Virus record (IMG/VR): IMGVR_UViG_3300047561_000907
Span: 1 to 25,975 of that record
Source: a virus
Lineage: Duplodnaviria > Caudoviricetes
DNA length: 25,975 nucleotides
Strand: one strand, 5' to 3'
Both the position numbers and the translations under genes were made by a program. This document shows positions 16,681 through 23,843 of the stretch, piece after piece. The notes beneath the pieces are model-generated. The model was not told the origin of the DNA and searched no databases. It saw only the letters and a program-made list of their open reading frames with translations. Every line of letters starts with the position of its first letter. Position 1 is the stretch's first letter.

Positions 16681-17741
16681 GAATATTAACTCTAAAAGAT
16701 CCCATGATGTTGGACGATCGACTCCACCATCCTCACGATTCGATTGTAGTTCCTGACGAGGTCCGCGGGATACCTGGCACACATGCCGACGCGTACACAA
16801 TTCCGTACCGGGTTGGTTGCGCCTCGGGCGGATTCGCGGCCCTGTACCGCGGTGGAGCGATCGGGGATCAGTTCATCGCAATGGGCATCGCCAGAGCAAT
16901 GCAACACTACGAGGGAGACGGAAGGGTTGAGGCTTACGTTCCGCAACGTCATTTGCCGTTGTGGGAAGGATTCGCCGGAGTCAGGGTCATGCCATTAGCT
17001 CCAACCATTGCAACGTGGAAGTCATACAAGGGCCACGTTTGCCTGGACGATATATTGTCAAAGACTGCGCACCTGGACGGAAACGTGTACGACTACGTCT
17101 ACAGATCCTGGGGCGTCGAGGTCGACGATCAGTTTAAGAAGCCTTACGCCAAGCTACTGGACAAGGACCAGAACGAACTTGTTGACGTTGGGTTTCATCC
17201 GGAAGGACCGTTCCTGCTCTACTCAATCAGTGGATCGAGCCTGTGGAAGAGCTACCCAACCTACGAGGCCGGACTGTTTATCAAGTCGTTCCTAAAAGAA
17301 AATAAGGATTGGCAAGTCGTAGCAGTGGGCCACGACGATCCTCCATTATCTATCTCGCACCAGAGGCTTATCAATCTGCAGGGAAGACTACGCAATGTCA
17401 GGACTCTTCTGCACCTAGCTGCGCGTTGCGACATGGCAGTTTGCCCGGAGTCGGCAATCATGCACATGACTGCAATATTCGACGCTCCTACCGTTGGACT
17501 GTACGGACCATACGGACCTGAGCACACGTCGAAATATTACAAGTACGTCAAGCCACTGTTCCCGCAAAACATTTGTCCTCACGCCCCATGCTCGGTGTAC
17601 GAGCAACCGAAGGACAAGTGCAAAGACGCGGTCAACGCAATACAGGGAGAACCCAAATGGTGCAACGTTCTAAAGTCAATCAAGCCAGAAGATATCCTGG
17701 CAAAGACAAAAGAAATCCAGGCAAACCTAAAACAGATCTGA
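16677..17741 (+). CDS. GT-B glycosyltransferase, family 9 (heptosyltransferase-like)
   Basis: GAIGDQF, ESAIMHMTAIFDAPTVGLYGP, C-terminal CPHAPC...C...C..I.PEDI. Confidence 0.8.
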   Translation: MRILTLKDPMMLDDRLHHPHDSIVVPDEVRGIPGTHADAYTIPYRVGCASGGFAALYRGGAIGDQFIAMGIARAMQHYEGDGRVEAYVPQRHLPLWEGFAGVRVMPLAPTIATWKSYKGHVCLDDILSKTAHLDGNVYDYVYRSWGVEVDDQFKKPYAKLLDKDQNELVDVGFHPEGPFLLYSISGSSLWKSYPTYEAGLFIKSFLKENKDWQVVAVGHDDPPLSISHQRLINLQGRLRNVRTLLHLAARCDMAVCPESAIMHMTAIFDAPTVGLYGPYGPEHTSKYYKYVKPLFPQNICPHAPCSVYEQPKDKCKDAVNAIQGEPKWCNVLKSIKPEDILAKTKEIQANLKQI

Positions 17742-17911
17742 TCAGAATCGTTTCTGAGAAGAAAGTTGTTTGCTACGAATTAAATCTTGATGTTGACGAT
17801 GATGTGTACGAATCAATTGTTGAGGCCGGGCGTATCCATATTGCGAACGATAAGGAAGCACTATTCCAGTACGCGCTGAAGACCGCGCTCAAGGAGGTTG
17901 CAAATGGATAA
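17657..17911 (+). CDS. hypothetical protein
   Basis: GGAG 7 nt before ATG 17657; overlaps the last 85 nt of the GT9 gene; globular-looking C-terminal half (YELNLDVDDD...ALFQYAL). Confidence 0.5.
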   Translation: MVQRSKVNQARRYPGKDKRNPGKPKTDLIRIVSEKKVVCYELNLDVDDDVYESIVEAGRIHIANDKEALFQYALKTALKEVANG

Positions 17912-18467
17912 CTTCAAACAAAAGATTCTTACAGCAGTGTGTGAGCCAGACGTGTTGACGCAAGGCCAGTGCAATATGATCCGCGACGACGCTCAGGTCG
18001 TAGGCATGAATAGGTCTCACGTCATGAAGAAGGATGGGACGACCAGGTCTTCCTACACCAGGACATGTTCATCGTGTTGGGTACCATTCGCGGAACATTA
18101 CAAGTGGCTATACGAAGTTGTCAGGTGTGTTTCCATGGACTTGAACGACCAGCACTACAGGCTGGACATTACCGGGATTCAACAGTTGCAGATCTTGCGC
18201 TACAGGCCCGGGCAGTTCTTCCTGCCACACTTTGACTGCTTCGATGGTAGCGACCGCAAGCTAACGATGGTGATCAACCTATCAGATCCATCAGAGTTCC
18301 TTGGCGGAGGGCTCAGGGTTGAGTGCGACTTGCATAATGCGAAGGATGTAAAGAAGCGGGGATCGGCAACAATGTTCCCCACCTACATAAAGCACCAGGC
18401 GCGTCCTGTGTTTTGGGGCTCCAGATGGGTCCTAGTCGCCTGGCTAACCGGGGGTCAGTGGAGATGA
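17904..18467 (+). CDS. 2OG-Fe(II) oxygenase (prolyl-4-hydroxylase/PKHD-like)
   Basis: AAGGAGG RBS; QILRY..GQFF.PH.D, RKLTMVI.LS...F.GG.L, MFP....H...PV..G.R..LV.W. Confidence 0.85.
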   Translation: MDNFKQKILTAVCEPDVLTQGQCNMIRDDAQVVGMNRSHVMKKDGTTRSSYTRTCSSCWVPFAEHYKWLYEVVRCVSMDLNDQHYRLDITGIQQLQILRYRPGQFFLPHFDCFDGSDRKLTMVINLSDPSEFLGGGLRVECDLHNAKDVKKRGSATMFPTYIKHQARPVFWGSRWVLVAWLTGGQWR

Positions 18468-18544
18468 ACGGTTGGTTTGAGGCAATGATGTGGGTAGTTA
18501 TCTTTGGGGCGCTCCTAATATTCTGCGACAAGATTAATCGATGA
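18464..18544 (+). CDS. tiny membrane peptide (26 aa)
   Basis: MNGWFEAMMWVVIFGALLIFCDKINR; ATGA overlaps at both ends. Confidence 0.45.
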   Translation: MNGWFEAMMWVVIFGALLIFCDKINR

Positions 18545-18714
18545 AAGCTCTTGCCTGGACTTTTTATTGGATAGGAGACTTGATCTCAAGGACGATCATG
18601 CGGTTTGGATATGGATATTCGATTTACAACAGGGTTATGAACTGGTCTCTTAGCCTTGATAAGGATGAGTCAGTTTGGAAGAAGATTAAGAGCGAGTCGC
18701 CTTGGACAAAATGA
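18541..18714 (+). CDS. hypothetical protein (57 aa)
   Basis: MKALAWTFYWIGDLISRTIMRFGYG...; ATGA overlaps at both ends; below the ORF track cutoff. Confidence 0.6.
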   Translation: MKALAWTFYWIGDLISRTIMRFGYGYSIYNRVMNWSLSLDKDESVWKKIKSESPWTK

Positions 18715-19301
18715 CTCACGCCTGTAATCTCCCGCGCCACCTATACGTCAAGGTGGACATGGCATTCGTATCGGACGGAGAGAAGCAGGAGATAGACGAC
18801 GCTGTCTGGTTCGGACTGACCGCGATACCTGGCCGGGCCTGGGGATGCACAGTGATGCTCAAATGTGGTGCTGTATACCGCGGACTTCCACTGCATGCGT
18901 TGGCCCATGGCGAGATCGCTATTGCAGATTGGGATCTCAACGACGCGCAGAGGTGGGACTGTTTTGGGTGGAACTTCGCGACGATCGAGTATGACTATCT
19001 GATGGGCCTGTCGTGCAGGGTCTGGATCGCTAGCAAAAAGACCTGGGAGGTTGGGCGCTACATGTTTACCGCGGAACCTTACGGAGACGGATTCTCCATG
19101 GCCCCGGAGCAGACCAAGTCTCATCACTTCATCAAACTAAACAACGGAAGGATCACTGCTGTCCCGGGCAATAACGTACTGTGGAACGAGTCGAGCTTTA
19201 CCACTCCAGGCGACAAGCCTAAGTGGCTGCGCGGACAGCGCGAAGCATGGCACGGTGAAGAGGCGACCTGGGACGATGTGGTAGGGGAGGAGACAGCATG
19301 A
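18711..19301 (+). CDS. conserved phage hypothetical protein
   Basis: ATG 18711 coupled to the upstream stop; NLPRHLYV, PGRAW....L..GA.YRGLP.HAL, WDCFG and HFI.L.NG....PNN motifs. Confidence 0.7.
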   Translation: MTHACNLPRHLYVKVDMAFVSDGEKQEIDDAVWFGLTAIPGRAWGCTVMLKCGAVYRGLPLHALAHGEIAIADWDLNDAQRWDCFGWNFATIEYDYLMGLSCRVWIASKKTWEVGRYMFTAEPYGDGFSMAPEQTKSHHFIKLNNGRITAVPGNNVLWNESSFTTPGDKPKWLRGQREAWHGEEATWDDVVGEETA

Positions 19302-19573
19302 ACGAGCATATTGAAGAACTGGTCATGATGTACGGAGAAGAGGCTGAGACCATGATGTTGGCGGATGGACTCGACAAAGCATTCGTTGGAGTTGCAATTC
19401 CGTTTGGTGAAAAGATCCGCGCGGTATACGACATAGACAAGATCATTGAGATACTGCAGGAGCAGGGGATGAGCAACGACGACGCGGAAGAATATTTTGA
19501 TTTTAATATTGCCTGTTCATATGTCGGTGACCAGACTCCGATCTTCATGCATGCAATGTCGGTAAATAAATAA
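19298..19573 (+). CDS. conserved phage hypothetical protein
   Basis: GGAG RBS; ADG.D.AFVG...AVYD..KI...L...GM...DA.EYFDFNI...YVG..TPIF. Confidence 0.75.
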   Translation: MNEHIEELVMMYGEEAETMMLADGLDKAFVGVAIPFGEKIRAVYDIDKIIEILQEQGMSNDDAEEYFDFNIACSYVGDQTPIFMHAMSVNK

Positions 19574-19587
19574 TAGAAAGGAAACAT

Positions 19588-19743
19588 ATGCCACTAGGAA
19601 AAAACGTATCGAAGAACATGAGAGAACTGATGAAGGATAACAAGAAGAAGGGCAAGGAGCGCGGGGCCGGAGGCAAGGCCCGGAGCTTTGAACAGATGGT
19701 TGCGATCGCATTGAGTTCGGCTGGCAAGAGCAAGAATCGGTGA
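19588..19743 (+). CDS. small basic protein (Q.VAIALS.A motif)
   Basis: GAAAGGA RBS; MPLGKNVSKNMRELMKDNKKKGKERGAGGKARSFEQMVAIALSSAGKSKNR; not in the track. Confidence 0.7.
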   Translation: MPLGKNVSKNMRELMKDNKKKGKERGAGGKARSFEQMVAIALSSAGKSKNR

Positions 19744-19970
19744 GTTTGGCTAACACCATCAAGTGGCAACGTGATATTCTCGAGGCGACTAAGAGGATGC
19801 TCGTTGTGGAAAGAGATGCGTCAGACCACACTCACGCGCCAGCAATTCGGCAGATCATTACCAATGTCGACGCGGCCCTACTATTCAACAAGGAACTAAT
19901 TGAAAATCTACAAGCTGACAACGGCAAAGTTCGGTGCTCTTGTGAAGGAGTTCGGGCTGGCGCCGGGTAG
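19740..19970 (+). CDS. hypothetical helical protein
   Basis: GTGA coupling to the upstream stop; 76 aa, amphipathic. Confidence 0.55.
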   Translation: MSLANTIKWQRDILEATKRMLVVERDASDHTHAPAIRQIITNVDAALLFNKELIENLQADNGKVRCSCEGVRAGAG

Positions 19971-20151
19971 TCTGTTCCCGCTTGAGTTCGGCAACCAAGG
20001 AAGAATAATCAACGCGATGCTTTACGATTACTGGCACGGCAATGGATATAAGCTGGACATGTTGACAGGAACTTTTGTAGAAGATAAGACAACAACCCCA
20101 ACGAAAGGAACCCCACAATGCAATCCACCAGACTCGCGAAAGGAGACCTGA
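19900..20151 (+). CDS. hypothetical protein
   Basis: AAGGA then TTG start; 83 aa; overlaps both neighbours. Confidence 0.5.
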   Translation: MKIYKLTTAKFGALVKEFGLAPGSLFPLEFGNQGRIINAMLYDYWHGNGYKLDMLTGTFVEDKTTTPTKGTPQCNPPDSRKET

Positions 20152-20480
20152 CCGAACGGTACAGGCAACTAGCAGGAGAGGTCGTCGTGCAGATGATCTC
20201 AGATATTAAACTACTGAACCGCAGGAGAATCCTGTCCGGTTTAGTTCAGATCGCCAAGCCAGTGCGCACAGCATGGCAGGGTGACGGATACAAAACGTAC
20301 ACGGAGTCAGAAGAATTGGTCCGAGCGGTCCGCGGTGAACCTATGGCTACATGGCTTATGGTCGCCGGGGCCAACGTAGATCACCGTGACGTCGTGAGGC
20401 GCCTGGAGAAGTTGACCCCCGAGAAGTGCATGGAGAATGAGAACAGAAAGTTCCATCAGTCCAGGAAGGGCAACAAATGA
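20118..20480 (+). CDS. hypothetical protein
   Basis: GAAAGGA RBS; 120 aa; Y..LA..VV.Q.I.D pattern. Confidence 0.6.
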   Translation: MQSTRLAKGDLTERYRQLAGEVVVQMISDIKLLNRRRILSGLVQIAKPVRTAWQGDGYKTYTESEELVRAVRGEPMATWLMVAGANVDHRDVVRRLEKLTPEKCMENENRKFHQSRKGNK

Positions 20481-20641
20481 AGATGGACGACTATAAGTGC
20501 GCGGTGCCGAACGAATTGAAAAAGCTGGCGGAACAGTTCCAGGTAGAGAAGTGCTGGATATTTCCTGACAAGGTATGGCAAGTGATCGTGGAAATGCGCG
20601 GGACTGCATGGCGCAATATGTGGGGAAGGCAGTACAAATGA
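20477..20641 (+). CDS. hypothetical protein (54 aa)
   Basis: MKMDDYKCAVPNELKKLAEQFQVEKCWIFP...; ATGA overlaps at both ends. Confidence 0.55.
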   Translation: MKMDDYKCAVPNELKKLAEQFQVEKCWIFPDKVWQVIVEMRGTAWRNMWGRQYK

Positions 20642-22056
20642 ACCCGGACTCTTACGGACCTCCGCGGGACAACGAGGCTGAGTGGGCAGTGCTTTCAGCA
20701 TGCTTCACTGATCCTTCCATCCTGGACAGGAACAAGGCTGAGATACTCGACCCACACAACTACTACCAACCAGTAGCCCGGTGCGTCGCCCGGGGGCTGA
20801 GGGACGGTGTGCCACCTGACGCTGTCGCCATGGGTGAGTTTGTCGCCAAGGAACACCAGAAGTACGTCCATGAATTTAGTCTCAAGATTATGTCGGGATC
20901 GATCACCTCCGCGTCGAAGATGGACTATTGGTTGCCCAGGCTGAGAAGAACTACGCGCATGCGCAACATGCACACCGCGGCCCTCAAGGCGCTAGGTGCG
21001 ATGGAAGAACAGGACGCATGCCCGGAAGATATTAGGAACATCCTTGCCGGGGCCAGCAAGCCATGGGGCAGTGGGAATCTCCCGCTCATCATGGAGGCGG
21101 GGGCCCTGGACGAGTTGCCGATTGAGAAGCCGGAAGAGATTATATTTGGAGCCCTGCACCGCGGTTGTAAGATGGTGCTAGGCGGGACCAGTAAGAGCAT
21201 GAAGACCTGGACCTTGTTGCAGTTGGCGATATGCGTGGCGTCGGGCACGAAGTTTTGGGAGATGCCTACTCGCAAGACGCGGGTGCTGTTCATCAACTTC
21301 GAGATCCAGCAGTACTCATTCCGGGAGCGGATCAGATCAGTGTGCCGGGCACTAGGCATTCAGATCCCCAACGACCAGTTATTCGTCTGGAATCTGCGAG
21401 GACACTCGGCGGACCTAAGCGCGTTGCGGCCCAAGATCATCGACCAGTTGAGGATCGGAGAGTTTGGACTGATCTGCTTTGACCCGATCTACAAGTTGTA
21501 CGGAGAGAGAGATGAGAACAGTGCCGGAGAGATGGCAACGCTGATGAACGAGGTGGACAGCATTGCAGTAGAGACCAACGCGAGCGTCGTGTTCGGGCAT
21601 CACTTCAGCAAGGGCCACGGCAACAGGGCCGGGTTTGATAAGATGTCAGGCAGTACCGTGTTCGCTCGCGACCCGGACAGCATCTTCGTCATGCATCCTC
21701 ACAAGGAAGAGAACGTGCTTATCGTTGAGCCAACGATGAGAGACTTCTCTCCGATCGATCCGTTCTGTGTGCAGTGGGAATTTCCCCTGATGAAGCGCAC
21801 AGCAGAATTTAATCCGGACGACGCGCGACCAACCGAAGGATCGAAGAAGGCATACGAGGATGAGGAAGTGATGGCATGCGTCGACAAGGAGAAAGGATCT
21901 TCATTCAAGGATGTGTGGGAGAAGGCAGATCCTGCGATGGGAATTCCGCGGGGAACACTCTCGAGATATCTCACGCGATTGGTGAAGTCTGGGAAGTTGC
22001 TGAAGGATAAAACGCAGTTTGGCGAGGTTTACCGCGTCCCGGCGCCAGGTTTTTAG
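20638..22056 (+). CDS. replicative helicase: DnaB N-terminal-like domain + RepA/AAA_25 ATPase + C-terminal wHTH
   Basis: PP.DNEAEWAVLSAC (DnaB-N); GGTSKSMKTW Walker A; VLFINFE; ICFDPIY Walker B; DENSA; GHHFSKG; SGS....RDPD; RGTLSRYLTRLVKSGKL. ATG 20638 is coupled to the upstream stop. Confidence 0.8.
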   Translation: MNPDSYGPPRDNEAEWAVLSACFTDPSILDRNKAEILDPHNYYQPVARCVARGLRDGVPPDAVAMGEFVAKEHQKYVHEFSLKIMSGSITSASKMDYWLPRLRRTTRMRNMHTAALKALGAMEEQDACPEDIRNILAGASKPWGSGNLPLIMEAGALDELPIEKPEEIIFGALHRGCKMVLGGTSKSMKTWTLLQLAICVASGTKFWEMPTRKTRVLFINFEIQQYSFRERIRSVCRALGIQIPNDQLFVWNLRGHSADLSALRPKIIDQLRIGEFGLICFDPIYKLYGERDENSAGEMATLMNEVDSIAVETNASVVFGHHFSKGHGNRAGFDKMSGSTVFARDPDSIFVMHPHKEENVLIVEPTMRDFSPIDPFCVQWEFPLMKRTAEFNPDDARPTEGSKKAYEDEEVMACVDKEKGSSFKDVWEKADPAMGIPRGTLSRYLTRLVKSGKLLKDKTQFGEVYRVPAPGF

Positions 22057-22074
22057 AAAAAGTATTTCATTCAA

Positions 22075-22138
22075 TATCAACAACTTACGCATTGTATTGA
22101 AAATACTTGTAGACATAACCCAGGAGATGGGTTAATTT
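22075..22138 (+). promoter_or_regulatory. putative early promoter with IHF-consensus site and operator-like inverted repeat
   Basis: TATCAACAACTTA (22075-22087) matches WATCAANNNNTTR; TAGACA(22110)-17 nt-TAATTT(22133); TAACCCA-N5-TGGGTTA at 22116-22134. Confidence 0.6.
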
Positions 22139-22144
22139 CTAACC

Positions 22145-22336
22145 ATGAGCAACACATTAACAGCAAAAGCCGAACCCGCCTTGATCACCAAGACCGGGAA
22201 AACTTGGACAATGAGCAGACTCAATTCGGTTGGTGGAGTAATTTCATCAACCCATAAGACGCTGAAGTCCGCCAAGGAAAAAGCTGAAAGCCTCGGATAC
22301 GTTTTCGAGGTCGGGAACTTTCAGTGGAAAAACTAA
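22145..22336 (+). CDS. hypothetical early protein
   Basis: 63 aa, ATG 6 nt after the putative -10; HKTLKSAKEKA motif. Confidence 0.6.
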   Translation: MSNTLTAKAEPALITKTGKTWTMSRLNSVGGVISSTHKTLKSAKEKAESLGYVFEVGNFQWKN

Positions 22337-22362
22337 CCTCCAACCAAGAAAGACCCACCACA

Positions 22363-22644
22363 ATGCACGAAAGTAAATTAATCGAAAAGATCAAGCGGGA
22401 CCACCGGGTAGATTCAATCAGTGACGAGCGCGACTATCGCGGTTCAGATCTGAACGACCCCCAGGTCAAGGAGTACATCAAGCGCACTGGCGACAACGGT
22501 GACGGATTCTGGATCTACCTCAAGCCAGGCTGGGTAGATAATGCCGGGACCGGGGCCCACCAGGTCCATGAGTCCAGCGTCGAGGAGGCTTACAGTTTCC
22601 TTAGAGGCGTCGACAAGTGCAAGTGCAGTGAATGCAAATCATAA
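22363..22644 (+). CDS. hypothetical early protein with C-terminal CxCxxC
   Basis: ATG follows leader repeat 1; DG.WIYLKPGW...H..HE...C.C..C. Confidence 0.7.
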   Translation: MHESKLIEKIKRDHRVDSISDERDYRGSDLNDPQVKEYIKRTGDNGDGFWIYLKPGWVDNAGTGAHQVHESSVEEAYSFLRGVDKCKCSECKS

Positions 22645-22663
22645 CCAAGAAAGGCCCACAAAC

Positions 22664-22855
22664 ATGATCACCACTACCCATAACATCACGAAGAACAACA
22701 TCCAAAAAGAGACGTTCTACAACATCTGCAAGATTGCGTACTTCACCAGGTTTGCAATGCCATGCGAGGCAATTAAAGACGGATCATTTTCCCTGCGCGT
22801 CCTCAAGGACGAGTGCGGGAACATAGTCGCATTGAAGTTCAGAAAACAACCCTAA
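22664..22855 (+). CDS. hypothetical early protein
   Basis: ATG follows leader repeat 2; 63 aa. Confidence 0.6.
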   Translation: MITTTHNITKNNIQKETFYNICKIAYFTRFAMPCEAIKDGSFSLRVLKDECGNIVALKFRKQP

Positions 22856-22874
22856 CCAAGAAAGACCAACCAAC

Positions 22875-23051
22875 ATGATAAACACAACTAAAAGCAAGAT
22901 ACTGGAAAAGCTATTCGTGAACTACGTCAACTCGAATTCGGAAAGGATTCGGGCGCTTGCGAAGTTCTGCAACTTGTCACAACAGGAAAAGTCTGACCTT
23001 GTAGTGGCATTCAAGAAACATCAGTTAACCATTAAAGGAGAATCCAAATGA
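22875..23051 (+). CDS. hypothetical early protein (58 aa)
   Basis: ATG follows leader repeat 3; MINTTKSKILEKLFVNYV...; ATGA overlap with the next gene; not in the track. Confidence 0.6.
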   Translation: MINTTKSKILEKLFVNYVNSNSERIRALAKFCNLSQQEKSDLVVAFKKHQLTIKGESK

Positions 23052-23506
23052 TCAACAAAGACACACTCAGCATAATTCGTAACCAGATTGACCCGCTCCT
23101 GGCAGAGCTCAACAGGGTCAACAAGCAGTTCAACCTAAAGCTGGGCAACTGCACCTACAACGCGGACACTGCCACCTTCAAGATGGAGGTCCGGTCGGTT
23201 GAGGAAGGTGGAGAGATTGTGACCAAGGAACTGGCAGACTTGCGGTTCAGTGTGCGCAATAACTTCGACGGACTGAAGGAGGAACACTTGACCAAGGAGT
23301 TTAAGACCTCCAAGGGCACTGCTCGCCTGTGCGGGTACAGGGGCCGGGCGACCAAGTCGTTTGTCTTTGAGGTGATCGACGGAGTTAACAAGGGCAAGCA
23401 GTTCGTTACGGACCGCAAAGGCATCCAGTTCTACCTTGGAATCGAGGCGCCCTCAATTCAGAACGCAACTGCATGGGAAAAACTGGACGATATATGCAAG
23501 AGCTAA
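23048..23506 (+). CDS. hypothetical protein
   Basis: AAAGGAG RBS; 152 aa globular-looking sequence. Confidence 0.7.
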   Translation: MINKDTLSIIRNQIDPLLAELNRVNKQFNLKLGNCTYNADTATFKMEVRSVEEGGEIVTKELADLRFSVRNNFDGLKEEHLTKEFKTSKGTARLCGYRGRATKSFVFEVIDGVNKGKQFVTDRKGIQFYLGIEAPSIQNATAWEKLDDICKS

Positions 23507-23570
23507 TCCTACTCAGTCCTTGCTTAATATTGTGCACCGTGTTTATGTGGAAAATGTACTGGAGGAAACC

Positions 23571-23843
23571 ATGAAGTATTACGCTGAAGAAGAAGGTGAA
23601 CTGACGTTCGAGCAGATGGTTCCTGGCAAGTATTATCGGTCCGGGAACGACTACGGTATCTGCGAGATCAATCAATCCGCCAGCAACAGGCCAAAGATCC
23701 TGACCTACCTCAATAGGTGCGGGAGTTGCATAGGTGGCAACGTCCTGCTGTTCGAGGTCGACATGACGGACCGGATGCTCGCCAAGCTCAAGGAGCGCCG
23801 GGACAGGACGATCGGGTTCATCGACGAGATGAGGACCTGGTGA
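23571..23843 (+). CDS. hypothetical protein
   Basis: GGAGG RBS at 23561; ATG 23571 preferred over the track start at 23436. Confidence 0.65.
   Translation: MKYYAEEEGELTFEQMVPGKYYRSGNDYGICEINQSASNRPKILTYLNRCGSCIGGNVLLFEVDMTDRMLAKLKERRDRTIGFIDEMRTW

Larger units (their letters stand above)
22342..22874 (+). repeat. three dispersed 21-nt gene leaders AACCAAGAAAG(A/G)CC..AC....ATG
   Basis: Copies at 22342-22362, 22643-22663 and 22854-22874, each ending immediately before an ATG. Confidence 0.8.

Noticed and set aside
22342-22874. Leader repeats as a mini-CRISPR array
   Set aside because: Intervals are 190-280 nt and are intact ORFs; the repeats are non-palindromic and degenerate.
23717-23839. 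Longer 262-aa mom ORF start from the track
   Set aside because: It overlaps the RBS-supported 23571-23843 gene and gives a shadow-like R-rich translation. GTG 23840 is stop-coupled.
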